From Polyangiales bacterium (lineage in GTDB: Bacteria; Myxococcota_A; Polyangia; Polyangiales; Houyiibacteriaceae), in NCBI GenBank assembly GCA_045106895.1, contig JBGCFM010000092.1, positions 32,125 to 96,124 on the forward strand: a DNA stretch of 64,000 nucleotides, read 5' to 3'. Both the position numbers and the translations under genes were made by a program. Below the pieces are notes generated by a model. That model was given only the letters and a program-made list of their open reading frames with translations. It was not told the DNA's origin and did no database searches. Below are positions 20,395-31,223 of this stretch, piece by piece. Numbering within the stretch: the stretch's first letter is position 1; each line of letters starts with the position of its first letter.

Positions 20395-21270
20395 GTGCTC
20401 AGTGTGCATATTCAACGACTGGAAGAACGACGCCTCAAGGTACATGGAGAAGACGCCCGCGAGTGGCTGAACGGCCAGCTCACCTGCGACCTGCGAGAGC
20501 CTGCACCCGGCTCCGCCACCTACGGCCTCATTCTCAGCTCGAAGGGCAAGCTCATCTCGGACGTTTGGGTCCTTGAGCACCCGGAGGTGGGGGACGAGCA
20601 ACACTTCTCGCTCAGTCTCCCCTCGCTCCGCGCGGACGCCGCTTTCGAGCGACTCGACCGTTTCCTTGTGATGGAGGACGTCGACGTCAGCTTTGGCGAC
20701 GAAGCCCTCGTTTCCGCTCAAGGCAGAGGCGCGCGCGCGCTGCTCAACGACCAGCTGGGAAGTGCCGAGACGATCTGGCCGACGACCCGCTTGGATACCG
20801 AAGGCGCGGAAGTCTGGCTTCCTGCAAACGAAGCCACGGCGCTCGTCGCGGATCTCGGAGGGGCGACAAACAAGACCGCGTTTCACGACGCGCGCGTTGA
20901 GGCGGGCATCCCAGCTCTCAGCCAAGACATGGGCGACAGTACGCTCCCGCAGGAGGTCGGCCTTCACGGCGCCGTGTCGTTCAACAAGGGCTGCTACGTG
21001 GGCCAGGAACCCGTCATCATGCTGGAGCACCGCGGCAAACCACCGAAGCGTTTGGTGCGTTTACGCGTCGCAAATGCGTCTGTCGGGGATCCGATTCTCT
21101 CCGGCGAGAAGAACGTTGGCCGGGTAACAAGCGTTCATTCCTCCAAGCCTTTGGCGCTCGCCCTCGTCAAGCGCAAGCACCTGGAGGACTCGCTGAGCAT
21201 CGAGGGGATCGCAGTGAGCGAACTGACCATCATCGATGATGGAAAACCCCGCGACCGCACCCCAGGGTAA
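20395..21270 (+). CDS. ygfZ: YgfZ/GcvT-family folate-binding protein (Fe-S cluster maintenance)
   Basis: WLNGQLTCD and the KGCYVGQE signature. Confidence 0.9.
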   Translation: MLSVHIQRLEERRLKVHGEDAREWLNGQLTCDLREPAPGSATYGLILSSKGKLISDVWVLEHPEVGDEQHFSLSLPSLRADAAFERLDRFLVMEDVDVSFGDEALVSAQGRGARALLNDQLGSAETIWPTTRLDTEGAEVWLPANEATALVADLGGATNKTAFHDARVEAGIPALSQDMGDSTLPQEVGLHGAVSFNKGCYVGQEPVIMLEHRGKPPKRLVRLRVANASVGDPILSGEKNVGRVTSVHSSKPLALALVKRKHLEDSLSIEGIAVSELTIIDDGKPRDRTPG

Positions 21271-21314
21271 GGGCACGGTTCGACGGGAGAGCAGCGACAG
21301 CGAAAAGCGACGCG

Positions 21315-21638
21315 CTATGCGCTGAAGCTAGAGCCGCAACCGCAGGTCGCTTTGGCCTGTGGGTTGACGAACTTGAAGCCCGCCCCGTGTAGGCCCTCGA
21401 CGTAATCGATCTCCGTACCTTCCAGGTACTGGAAGCTCATCATGTCGACGAAGAGCGGCACGCCGTGGGACTCGAACTGCTGGTCGAGGTCGGTCGTCTC
21501 GTCTTCGAAGAAGAGGTCGTAGGAGAAACCTGAGCACCCTCCGCCCACGACTTTGACGCGAAGTCCCTGGTCGTGGAGCCCTTCGGCGTCCTGGATCTCG
21601 CGAACTTTCTCAGCGGCTTTGGTGGTGAGCGTCAACAT
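21315..21638 (-). CDS. A-type Fe-S carrier (ErpA/IscA/HesB family)
   Basis: GGGCSGFSY and TCGCGSSF. Confidence 0.95.
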   Translation of the reverse strand: MLTLTTKAAEKVREIQDAEGLHDQGLRVKVVGGGCSGFSYDLFFEDETTDLDQQFESHGVPLFVDMMSFQYLEGTEIDYVEGLHGAGFKFVNPQAKATCGCGSSFSA

Positions 21639-21917
21639 CTAAACTTCGTTCTCCTATGAAATGAAACATGGGGCCTCGGCGTTGGCCTTCCGTGAACAGA
21701 GCCTAGGGAGCCTTGGCCCGCCAGGCAAGGCGGTCACCCCTCTAGCACCGTAGAAACTTGCAGAATTCAACATCTATAAAGCACTGTTTTTACTACATTT
21801 TCTCCGACGGCCCTTAACTAATACTAAAACGGTCCTATTTTGACGTAACGCTCAGCTTCCTGAGACGTCTTACTTGTCAGAGAGAGCACTTCGCTCTCTC
21901 GCTCCTGAGGAAAAAAC

Positions 21918-22763
21918 GTGTCCTACCAACGAAACGCAGAACTGGACCGCTACATCAAGAAGGTCCGAAAGATCCCCCTCCTCTCCCGAGAAGATGAGCA
22001 TGAGCTCGCGAAACTCGTTCAGGCAGGTGACCAGGATGCGACCGACCGCCTCGTCGAAGCCAACCTTCGATACGTCGTTTCTGTCGCGCTCCAATACCGA
22101 CGCTACGCCATCCCCCTCGGCGATCTTCTCGCCGAAGGCAACGTCGGTCTCGTGACCGCAGCAAAGAAGTTCGACCCATCACGCGGCACGCGCTTTGTCA
22201 CCTACGCCGGGTATTGGATTCGTGCCTTCGTGCTGGAAGCCGTCGTTCGCTCCACGAGCCTTGTGGGTGCGGGTAGCGGGCCTCTTCGTTCGAAGCTCTT
22301 CTTCCGCCTTCGTCGAGAACGCGCGCGCATTCACAGCATCGAGCAGGATCCCACCAAACGCCTTCAGATGATGGCGGACCTCTTCGAGACCACGCCGGAC
22401 AAGATGGAGAAAATGCTTCGCCGTTTGGACGCGAAGGACGTCAGCCTCGACGCGACGGTTTTCGACGACGCCGGTATGACCATGGTCGACACCTTGGTGT
22501 CCGAAGGCGCGGCGGTGGACTCGACGGTGGCGCGGCTTGAGCGGCAGTCGCAGATCGAAGGTCGGCTTGGAGATGCACTCAACACGCTGGATCAGCGAGA
22601 GCGCTACATCGTCGAGAACCGGATTCTCAGCGATGATGAGATGACCTTGGCCGCCCTCGGAAGGGAGCTCGGCGTGAGCCGGGAGCGTGCCCGGCAGCTT
22701 GAGGCCCGCGCGAAAAACAAGCTGCGCGGACAGCTTCGGGAGTTTGCGCCAGCCGCGGCGTGA
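21918..22763 (+). CDS. RpoH/sigma32-family alternative sigma factor
   Basis: GAGG SD before GTG; EGNVGL..KFDP.RG.RFVTYA.YWIRA; RpoH-box-like SKLFFRLRR; GVSRERARQLE. Confidence 0.9.
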   Translation: MSYQRNAELDRYIKKVRKIPLLSREDEHELAKLVQAGDQDATDRLVEANLRYVVSVALQYRRYAIPLGDLLAEGNVGLVTAAKKFDPSRGTRFVTYAGYWIRAFVLEAVVRSTSLVGAGSGPLRSKLFFRLRRERARIHSIEQDPTKRLQMMADLFETTPDKMEKMLRRLDAKDVSLDATVFDDAGMTMVDTLVSEGAAVDSTVARLERQSQIEGRLGDALNTLDQRERYIVENRILSDDEMTLAALGRELGVSRERARQLEARAKNKLRGQLREFAPAAA

Positions 22764-22771
22764 TTCCCCCC

Positions 22772-22813
22772 GGCCAAACGGGTGAGAAATCGACGATTCT
22801 CACCCGCTTGGCC
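22772..22813 (+). terminator. Long stem-loop after the sigma gene (no U-tract; terminator or stabiliser)
   Basis: GGCCAA-a-CGGGTGAGAA..TTCTCACCCG-c-TTGGCC. Confidence 0.55.
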
Positions 22814-22879
22814 ACCGATTCGGCCCCCGGTTAAGAAGAGCTAGGGAATAGGCGGCCAAGCGGGCATGATAGCCCGGCG

Positions 22880-25800
22880 ATGGTCGACGATTCTAAGCCC
22901 GAATCCACCGTAGATATTCTTCTAGGAGAGTTGGAGGTGGAGGTTGACGTGGGAACGGCAAGCTCGCCGCCGCCCCCTCCTCCGTCCATACGGCCGAAGA
23001 ACTCTTCCGTGCCCCCGCCTCCCGGCCGTGCGCAGCGTTCTGTGCCGCCGCCCCCGCCCAAACGAAGTGGCGGAACGGACGTCATCGACGTCACGGAACT
23101 CGAAGAGCTAAGCGAGCACGAGGTCGAAGAGTTCGAGGTCGTCGAACCGATGGAGATCGCTGCGGAGCCGCGGCCACGCATCGACGACACTGGGCTTGCG
23201 GCGACGCCGTCGGCGCGTGACGAGCTACCTGCGCCTCACGCCCCCGTTTATCAAGCATCCCAATCGGACCTCATCGCCGATGTCTCCTCCGGGGAGTTTG
23301 TCGAGATCGGGCCGGACGAGCTCGTCGAACACGTCGACTTCTCCGAAGAGATGATCGATGCCGCCCACGACCTCATCGCAGAGTGCGAGTCCAAGATCTC
23401 CAGCGAGACGGACAATCGCCAGGCAGCCCTTCTCCATCAGCAGATCGGGCGCCTATACGAGATGCCGCTCGCGGACCTGCCGAACGCGATCCGGCACTTC
23501 CAGGTGGCCCTGGACAAAGACCCCAGCAACATCGCTGTGATTCAAGATGCGCGACGAGCTCTGCTCAACAAGAAGAGATACCCCGCGGCGCTTGAACTCT
23601 ACGACCCGGAAATCCGCCTCAGCGCCGACCCGCGGGAGAAAGCCACGCTCCTTCTTGAAAAGGGACTCCTCATGCAGGACGTCCTCGGGAAGGCGAATGA
23701 AGCGCGCGCAGTACTTCGAAACGCACAGGACCTGGACCGCGCGAACCCGACGATCCTTCAGGTGCTGTCTGCGCATTTCAGCAGCGCAAGCGCGGCCCGC
23801 GAGTTGGACCTTTGCCTCGAACACTCCGCGAATGGCGTCGCCGCCGATGCCGCCCATCGGGCCGCCATCGTGGCCAAACGCGCCGCGATCGTGGAGCGCG
23901 ACTTAGGCCAGCGTGAACGTGCCATCGAGCTTTACGAGACCGCGATTCGTCTCACGGTGCGGGCCCCCGGCGCGCTCAGCGCTCTTAAGCGGCTTCACCA
24001 TCAATCCGGACGCTGGCGTGACCTCAGTCGCGTCCTGACCTTGGAGGCTGACGAGAGCACGGACGCACAACACGAATCTCAGCTCCGCTACCGGATCGCG
24101 CGCATTCATCGTCAGCGTCTTGGGAACGACGCCGAAGCGCTCGCCGCACTGGAGCGAGCCGCGGAGCTTGCGCCCGCCGACATCGGTGTGCTGACCGAAC
24201 TGGGTGCGATTCACGAACGCTCCGGGCGCTGGGAGGCGCTCAGCGATGTGCTTCAACGACTGACGCAAGTGGAGAAAAGCCCACGCGCGCTTATCTCTCT
24301 TCTCAACCGACTTGGCACTCTTCATCAAGGTCGCCTCGATGACAGCGCCGGCGCCGTACATTGGTTCAACGCAGCCCTCGCCATCGACCCTCTGCACCCG
24401 CCCACGATTCGTTCACTCGAAGCGCTCTACGAGAAAGAGGGACTGGGTGATGAGATCATCCGCATCCGCCTCGCCGAAGCCCTGCACTCCCCGGTCGCGT
24501 CCACTCGTGCGGCGGCCTACTCCCGCGTCGGTGAACTTCACGCGACGGCCAATCGAATTGACGACGCGATTACGGCGCACGGCCGGGCCCTCGCGGCAGA
24601 CCCATCCGACGCGACGCCCTTCAAGAGCTTGGTTCGTCTGCTCACCAAGAGTGGGCGTCACCGTGACCTCGTGGACTTGCGGGAACGGGCCATCGCCGAC
24701 TCCCACGACGGCGTGGAGAAGACCGCGCATCTGTTCGAGATCGGCGCGCTCTTTGAGGGACCGCTGGGTGAACCTTCACGCGCAGCGGACACCTACGGTC
24801 GCATCCTTAAATACGCGGCAACGGATCTCCGCGCCCTTGGGGCCATGCAGCGCGCTTGTGAAAACGCAGAGCGTTACGGCGAACTCCTCGAGGCCATCGA
24901 TCTGGAAATCAGCGCGACGAACGCGGCGGCGCGGAAACGAAGTCTTCAGCAACGAGCCGGCGAAATTCTTGAACACCACTTGGGCGACACCACCGGAGCC
25001 ATCGCCCGCTATCGAAAAGTCCTTGAGGGTGACCCAAAGCACCTGCCCGCGCTGGCGAGCCTCGCGCGCCTCTATGATGCGGCGGGGCGTTGGGAAGACC
25101 TAGTCGAGACTCTCGCCAAGGAGCTTGTGCTCAAACCTGACGTGGCGGCGCAGATTTCCCTCCACCAAAAGCTCGGCGACCTCTCCCGCCATCAGCTGGG
25201 TCGCGAGAGCGACGCCCTCAGCCACTACCGGTCTGCCTTCGAGCTCGACCGAACGAACCGGCCCGCTGCAAGCGCGCTTTTGGCCGGACTCGAGCAGCGC
25301 CGAGACTATGCGGCGATGGCCAAAGTGCTCGGCGAGCAAGCATCAGCCACCGAGGCGCGTGAGGAACGAGCTCGCCTCCACTACCAAGTGGGTGCGCTCT
25401 TCGAAGAGCATCTGAACGACAACTCAAAAGCTCTCTCGGCCTATGAAAAGGCACTTGAGAGCCAACCTGCGCACCGCCCATCTTTCGACGCGCTCATTCG
25501 ACTTCGTCACTCCGCCCAGAACTACAACGCCCTCGCGAAGGGTCTCGCAGCGGAAGCCGCGCTTAGCAATGACTCGTCCGGCGCCGTTGAAGCCCTCCTT
25601 CAAGAGGGAGCCGTGTGGGCCCACAGGCTCAACGATCCACGAAAGGCGACGGCGGCCTACGAGCGTGTGCTCGAGATTCAAGCAACTCATCTCGGCGCGC
25701 TCCTCGCGCTCGAGAGTCTTCACCGTATCACCTCGCGCTGGAGCGCATTGGCGGCGGTTCACGCCATGCAGGCGCGGGTGTTTGTGGACGGCGGCGCGCG

Positions 25801-28270
25801 CATCGCCGCGCTTCACGCCGAAGCCCGAGTACGCGACGCGCACTCCGTCGGCACGCCGGACGACCTTCGGAACGTCTATCGCGCGATCCTCAACCTCGAC
25901 CCCGAGGACGCGCTAGCGCTCCGTGCGATAGGACGCCTCGCGCTCATGGAGAATGCTCCCGCGCACATCGCCGAGGCTGAGGCTCTCGCGGCACAGCAAG
26001 CGCAGAGCGTGGCCAGCAAGGTGGCTCACTTGGTCAGACTCGGCGAAGTGGAAGAAACAATGGGTCGCGACTCCGCGTTGAGCTCGTACCAGACCGCCCT
26101 CGCGATGGATCAAGGGAACTTGGCGGCGACGCGCGGACTGTCGCGTCTCGCTGAGCAACGCAACGATCCAGATGTACTCGTCGCCGCAGCGACCCAGGAG
26201 GCGAAGGTCGCCTCAAGCGGCGAAGAGGCCGCAGCGCACCTCGTGCGTGCTGCTCGCATCCGCGTGGAACGCCTCGCCGATGTGGACAAGGCCATCGATG
26301 ACCTCGAACGAGCCCTCGAACTGCACCCAGGCTCCCGTGACGCGGCGCGTGATCTGAGCGCGATCCTGCGTCGACGCTCCGACTTTGCTCGTCTTAAAAC
26401 GAAGCTCTCGGCGGCGGCGTCGAAGGCGGAGGCGGAGCGCTCCGCCGAACTCTGGCTCGAAAGCGCGGGCTTGCTCTCCGACGACATGGACGACAGGCAT
26501 GGCGCGATTTCCGTCCTCGACCGATTGCTCCGAACGATGCCAAATCACGTCCCGACGCTGCAGCGTCAGGCAGGCTATTTTCATGATGAAGGGCAGTTCA
26601 GCGAAGCCATCGCGCTCTACGGACGTATCGTTCGCCTCGCGCCAGACTCACGAACTCTCCGCAATACGCACCTAGAACTCGCCCGCCTCTGGGACGACAA
26701 GCTCGGCGACTCCCAGCGCTCGCTGGTGAGCCTCCAGGCTGTTCTGTCCATCGACCCGACGAATCTTCGAGGCCTCACGCGACTCGCCGACATTCATGAA
26801 CGCGAGGGACGTACAATCGAGGCATCCGAGGCTTCGAAACGTCTGCTCCTCGCCTGCCCCGCCGCCGACCAAGACCGAGCAGCTGCGCTGGTTCGCTTGG
26901 CCCGCCTGCAACGAGAACAAGGGCTCGACGCGGCGGCGTCGGAGGCGCTTCGGGAAGCTGTGGCCATCGAGGGCCCAGGAAGCGAGTCAGCCCTTGAATG
27001 CAAGGCCCTGACGAAGAGTACAGCGGCGTGGAGCCAGTACTACGACGCCCTCGAACGTCACCTGGCGCTACTCCCCGACGACGCCGTGAAGGCGCCGACA
27101 TTCTTGGAGATGGGACGCACGCTCTTCGACCAGCTTGAGCAACGCTCAAGAGCCATCGACCTGCTCACCGACGGCGTTCGAGAGACCGGTGATGGCACCC
27201 TCGCACGAGAGCTCGCCCTGCGACTTCGCTCGACCGGCGAACACGAACGGTCCGTCGAGGTGCTCATCGACCTCGCCACCGGAAAGCCAGAGCGCCCGGA
27301 ACTCTGGCGAGAGCTCGCGACGACATACGACGAAGCGGGAGACCCTCTCGGCGCGCGTATCGCGACACAGCCACTGGCGGTGCTCGGGCAGCTCTCCGAA
27401 CGGGATGAAGAGAGGCTCCGGGCCGCTCCGATTCGCCCGCGGGGAACAAAGGCGGGGTCCTTGAGCGAAGAACTCCTCGACCGACTCGGCTCTCCAACAC
27501 CGGGGCAGTCCGCCGCAAGCGACCTGCTGCGCGTTCTGCAGCCGGCACTGACGAAGCTCTACCCTCCTGACTTCGAGAGCTACGACCTCTCTTCCAGAGA
27601 CAAGCTTGCCGGTGGCCGCAACCCGCACCCCTTCAGGACTCTCGCAGAGCACGTCGCGGGAATCTTTGGGGTGGAAGCCTTTGACGTCTACGTGCACGAA
27701 GTTCGCTCTCGCGGACTTGCCATCGAGCTGGCGAGTCCGCCGGCGATCATCATGCCGGCGCCGGTTCTGGAGCTTCCCGAGAGTCAGCAGGTCTTCCTGT
27801 TGGCCCGCTCCCTCGCGCACATCGCGCGTGGTTTTCCTGCGACGGAGAAGCTCACGCCGCGTGAGCTCGAAGTCCTCCTCGCTTCCGCGGCGCGAAACGT
27901 CCAGGAGCGCTACGGCACAGGGTTGACGAGCGAGGATATCCTCGACGAACAAGCCAAGCGAATCTACAAAGCGCTGCCCCGACGCAGTCGCAAAGCGATG
28001 GAAGAGGCCGCCCGCATCTATGTCGACGCCGGACGGGTCGACTTCGCACGCTGGGTTCGCGGCGCGGAACGCACCGCCACGCGTGCCGCTTCCCTCGTCT
28101 CCGACGACCTGAACGGTTCCGTCGAAGTCCTCCGCCGAACCGAACGCGACCTGAGCGTGAGCGAAGGTGAAGAGCTCGTTCGTTCTTCGGATGTTGTACG
28201 CGACCTGGTTGTGTTCTGGGCATCGAAGGCAGGAATGCATCTCCGACGACACATGGGCATCATCAAGTGA
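22880..28270 (+). CDS. Giant TPR-repeat protein (1796 aa) with Pro/acidic N-terminus and degenerate M48-like C-terminal domain
   Basis: Dozens of A..Y..AL..DP repeats; C-terminal VFLLARSLAHI. Confidence 0.85.
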   Translation: MVDDSKPESTVDILLGELEVEVDVGTASSPPPPPPSIRPKNSSVPPPPGRAQRSVPPPPPKRSGGTDVIDVTELEELSEHEVEEFEVVEPMEIAAEPRPRIDDTGLAATPSARDELPAPHAPVYQASQSDLIADVSSGEFVEIGPDELVEHVDFSEEMIDAAHDLIAECESKISSETDNRQAALLHQQIGRLYEMPLADLPNAIRHFQVALDKDPSNIAVIQDARRALLNKKRYPAALELYDPEIRLSADPREKATLLLEKGLLMQDVLGKANEARAVLRNAQDLDRANPTILQVLSAHFSSASAARELDLCLEHSANGVAADAAHRAAIVAKRAAIVERDLGQRERAIELYETAIRLTVRAPGALSALKRLHHQSGRWRDLSRVLTLEADESTDAQHESQLRYRIARIHRQRLGNDAEALAALERAAELAPADIGVLTELGAIHERSGRWEALSDVLQRLTQVEKSPRALISLLNRLGTLHQGRLDDSAGAVHWFNAALAIDPLHPPTIRSLEALYEKEGLGDEIIRIRLAEALHSPVASTRAAAYSRVGELHATANRIDDAITAHGRALAADPSDATPFKSLVRLLTKSGRHRDLVDLRERAIADSHDGVEKTAHLFEIGALFEGPLGEPSRAADTYGRILKYAATDLRALGAMQRACENAERYGELLEAIDLEISATNAAARKRSLQQRAGEILEHHLGDTTGAIARYRKVLEGDPKHLPALASLARLYDAAGRWEDLVETLAKELVLKPDVAAQISLHQKLGDLSRHQLGRESDALSHYRSAFELDRTNRPAASALLAGLEQRRDYAAMAKVLGEQASATEAREERARLHYQVGALFEEHLNDNSKALSAYEKALESQPAHRPSFDALIRLRHSAQNYNALAKGLAAEAALSNDSSGAVEALLQEGAVWAHRLNDPRKATAAYERVLEIQATHLGALLALESLHRITSRWSALAAVHAMQARVFVDGGARIAALHAEARVRDAHSVGTPDDLRNVYRAILNLDPEDALALRAIGRLALMENAPAHIAEAEALAAQQAQSVASKVAHLVRLGEVEETMGRDSALSSYQTALAMDQGNLAATRGLSRLAEQRNDPDVLVAAATQEAKVASSGEEAAAHLVRAARIRVERLADVDKAIDDLERALELHPGSRDAARDLSAILRRRSDFARLKTKLSAAASKAEAERSAELWLESAGLLSDDMDDRHGAISVLDRLLRTMPNHVPTLQRQAGYFHDEGQFSEAIALYGRIVRLAPDSRTLRNTHLELARLWDDKLGDSQRSLVSLQAVLSIDPTNLRGLTRLADIHEREGRTIEASEASKRLLLACPAADQDRAAALVRLARLQREQGLDAAASEALREAVAIEGPGSESALECKALTKSTAAWSQYYDALERHLALLPDDAVKAPTFLEMGRTLFDQLEQRSRAIDLLTDGVRETGDGTLARELALRLRSTGEHERSVEVLIDLATGKPERPELWRELATTYDEAGDPLGARIATQPLAVLGQLSERDEERLRAAPIRPRGTKAGSLSEELLDRLGSPTPGQSAASDLLRVLQPALTKLYPPDFESYDLSSRDKLAGGRNPHPFRTLAEHVAGIFGVEAFDVYVHEVRSRGLAIELASPPAIIMPAPVLELPESQQVFLLARSLAHIARGFPATEKLTPRELEVLLASAARNVQERYGTGLTSEDILDEQAKRIYKALPRRSRKAMEEAARIYVDAGRVDFARWVRGAERTATRAASLVSDDLNGSVEVLRRTERDLSVSEGEELVRSSDVVRDLVVFWASKAGMHLRRHMGIIK

Positions 28271-29481
28271 GACGAGTTCTTGTCGTCGACCCATCGATGG
28301 TCGCGCGCGAAGCGCTTCGCGCCACTCTCGAAACCGAAGGTTGGGAGGTGTGCTTTGCCGACGCGGCAAACGCCCTTCGCGAAGCGTCCTCGCTGGTCCC
28401 GGATCTCATCTTTCTCGACGCGGCGGAAGACGCCCATGGACTTGGCGCCGCGCTCAAATCGACGGCCAACCTGAGCGAAGTACCCATGGTGCTGATGGTT
28501 GCGGAAGCTGAGTCCGAGCGTCTTGTGCAGCAGGCTGCGGCTGATGATGCCGTGAAGAAACCTTTCTCGCCCGACGCGGTTCGCACCGTCGCTGCGCATC
28601 TTCTCCGACGTGCCCGAAGCTCGGCGCCTCACCGTCCGCATGGTGTCGAACAAGCGCCAGCGAGCGAACGACTCGAAGAAGCGCTCTTCAACGCGGCGAA
28701 GCTCGTGGGCGAAACCTACCCGGGCCCGGATGCGCAGCGGGAGTTGGCTCGCGCCATCGTCGAAGCCTACGACGAGGCATTCGACGTCTCGTTTCGCGGG
28801 CGTATCGAGCACCTCCCCCTCGGCGATGTGTTGCAGATGCTCGCTCAGGGTCACGAGGGCGTTCTCTACGTCGAGCGCCCAGGCTCGAAGTCAGTGCGCA
28901 TTTGCGTGCGCGCCGGCCTCGTCGATTTCGTCGACTACGAAGGGCTCGGTCCCGAGTTCCTGCTTGGTCGCTATCTTAGCCGGGTCTCCCTCGTCGAACA
29001 GAAGGACATTGAGCACGCCGCTCAGAAGCCAAGGTGGCTGGGTCGAACGCTTGTGGAAGAAGGAACGATCACCCGGGAGGACTTGGTGGAGTGTCTGCGG
29101 GAACAGAGCAGTGAACTCGTCTACGAGGCCCTGCGCTGGCCTCGCGCAACGTTCCGATTCGAGCGCTACGCTGTCCTTCCCGAAGCCAAGGACGCAGCAC
29201 TGGGACTCACGCCTACGGGCCTCCTGATGGAAGGCTTGCGGCGTGTTGATGAGTGGCGACTCATCGAACAGCACGTCTACAGCTTCGATCTCGTCTATCT
29301 CTTAGACTCACGAGCGACGACCGTCGATAAGTTGAGCGACCTGGAAGAGCGTGTGCTCGCAGCCATCGACGACGAGCGAAGCGTTCGCGATATCATCGAG
29401 CACACTGGCCTTGCGCCTTTTGATGTCTGCAAAGCCCTCTACCAGTTCGTGCAAGCGCGAGTCATTCGACACCGACGCTGA
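28267..29481 (+). CDS. Response regulator receiver + DUF4388 protein
   Basis: VLVVD..PDLIFLD..KKPF; FRGRIEHLPLGDVLQML; LMEGLRRVDEW; GTGA overlap with the TPR gene. Confidence 0.85.
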   Translation: MRRVLVVDPSMVAREALRATLETEGWEVCFADAANALREASSLVPDLIFLDAAEDAHGLGAALKSTANLSEVPMVLMVAEAESERLVQQAAADDAVKKPFSPDAVRTVAAHLLRRARSSAPHRPHGVEQAPASERLEEALFNAAKLVGETYPGPDAQRELARAIVEAYDEAFDVSFRGRIEHLPLGDVLQMLAQGHEGVLYVERPGSKSVRICVRAGLVDFVDYEGLGPEFLLGRYLSRVSLVEQKDIEHAAQKPRWLGRTLVEEGTITREDLVECLREQSSELVYEALRWPRATFRFERYAVLPEAKDAALGLTPTGLLMEGLRRVDEWRLIEQHVYSFDLVYLLDSRATTVDKLSDLEERVLAAIDDERSVRDIIEHTGLAPFDVCKALYQFVQARVIRHRR

Positions 29482-29534
29482 CTGAGAGGACCTACGTGTG
29501 CCGGACGCTCAGACGCCGGCGTGTCGGCGCTGAA

Positions 29535-31094
29535 CTAGAATGCGACTGCGATGGACGCGGTCAGGTCGATGTTGAAAAGGAACTGCGGGAAGAGCACGTG
29601 GAACTCCGGCGAAAGCGTGATGCCAATGTTCCGCGCAAAACGGTAGCCAATGTTCGTTCCCAGCTGAACTCCGTTGAGGCCGCTAACCATGTAGGGCTCC
29701 TCGATGGGGTTCGCGGCCGTTCCATTCTGACCCGGCCTCAGCTGAATCTGACCAACGCTCGTGCCGAGAAAGACGTCGGCATGGAAGCCGGCGCCCGTGG
29801 GCACCGTTAGCTGATACATCGCACGCAAACCGATGAGCAGATTGCTCAGGCTGCCTTCACCCGCATCGAACTGAAAACGCACCGTAGCAGCGAGGGCAAA
29901 GCGCGGAATGATCCAATAACCAATGGTCAGGCGGGCGGCGTAGGTCGGGAGAATGCCGGACTGCTCGAGGCGAACACACTGGAAGCCTTCGTCAGGACAG
30001 TCGCCAAGCCCAGGCTCAACATACGATTGGTCTGTTCCTTCGGCATCCGCGCGACGGCCAGGGCCCGCAATTCCAATGCCGAGCGTGAAGCCAATGTCCG
30101 CAAAGAAGCGTGGCATCTCGCCATTGTCAGCGGGCTCATCGTCCCCCCCCTCATGTTCCGAGGCGATGCAGAAGTTGTCGGAGCAGGTGAGACCGCTGCG
30201 GCACTCGGAGCTGTCGACGCAAGTGTCGCCGAGACCTGCGTTACCGCTCTGGTTGCATTCCATTCCAGGAGGGCACTCCGTGTCCGTGCACTGCTCTGGC
30301 GCAGGCTGACCGGGGAGCGCTGGGGCGGGCATCGTTCGAAAGGACACCACTTCAACGGCGAAAGGCGACTCCGAAGTTCCAGCGGTTCCCATCCGCTCGC
30401 CATCAGCGTCGAAGGCCTCGATGTAGTAGTTGATGCGAGGCGCCATCACCTCGGCGCAGGGCAGCTCAAGTCCGAAACCGCCGTCCATTCGACGCATCTC
30501 AACCGCGCGAAAGACACGCATGCCTGGTGCCTGGTAATGAACGGTGATGCCATTCACGGGGGCTCCTTCAGGCACCTCGACAAAGATTGGGATCGCCGTG
30601 TTCGAGAGCTGCTCGGGGACAGGCTGGTGAGGAATTTGTCCAGGCTCTGCCGGGGGGTTCCGAACGATGCCGCCTCCTCCACCGTTGTTACCGCCACCGC
30701 CGCCGCCGCCATCGTTTCCGACGCGGTTTCGGGCGAGCAAAAAGACCGACTGAATGTCCGGCGTTGAGTTAAGCGGGTCGAGGGAGATGTCTCGCTGCGC
30801 TCGAATCGCATTCATGAAGTGGTTGAGGCCCGCGGCGTTGTCACCAAACCCGCCGACGGCGACGATACCGAGGTTCGCGTGGGTGTTCGCCAGCGGCGAG
30901 CCGGACACGTTGTTGCTCTCAGCATTACGAAGAGCCTGCTGGAGGAGATCCATGGCCTCCTCAACTTCGAGGTTCGTGTACGCATCCATCGCGCGGCGAT
31001 TTAGATCGAGGACGCGACGCATCTGCGCCTCTGCGGGAATGGAGGTCATCACTGCGAGAGCGATGAAGGAAGACAAGAAGAAGGTACGGGTCAT
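29535..31094 (-). CDS. Outer-membrane protein: signal peptide, TPR-like helices, Gly linker, beta-rich domain, Cys-rich motif, C-terminal beta-barrel
   Basis: Sec signal (AEA), alternating beta-strand pattern at the C-terminus, terminal Phe. Confidence 0.6.
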   Translation of the reverse strand: MTRTFFLSSFIALAVMTSIPAEAQMRRVLDLNRRAMDAYTNLEVEEAMDLLQQALRNAESNNVSGSPLANTHANLGIVAVGGFGDNAAGLNHFMNAIRAQRDISLDPLNSTPDIQSVFLLARNRVGNDGGGGGGGNNGGGGGIVRNPPAEPGQIPHQPVPEQLSNTAIPIFVEVPEGAPVNGITVHYQAPGMRVFRAVEMRRMDGGFGLELPCAEVMAPRINYYIEAFDADGERMGTAGTSESPFAVEVVSFRTMPAPALPGQPAPEQCTDTECPPGMECNQSGNAGLGDTCVDSSECRSGLTCSDNFCIASEHEGGDDEPADNGEMPRFFADIGFTLGIGIAGPGRRADAEGTDQSYVEPGLGDCPDEGFQCVRLEQSGILPTYAARLTIGYWIIPRFALAATVRFQFDAGEGSLSNLLIGLRAMYQLTVPTGAGFHADVFLGTSVGQIQLRPGQNGTAANPIEEPYMVSGLNGVQLGTNIGYRFARNIGITLSPEFHVLFPQFLFNIDLTASIAVAF

Positions 31095-31223
31095 CGAAGT
31101 CGGATTTTCGCCAAGATTAGGGCCAAAGCTAGCAGGTTTCGCCCCATATGCCCCTAAACTTGGGGCCGCTCGCTCGGGGGCGCCAAGTGCGACAAACCCT
31201 CAAAACGATGTAGTTACAAGCAC

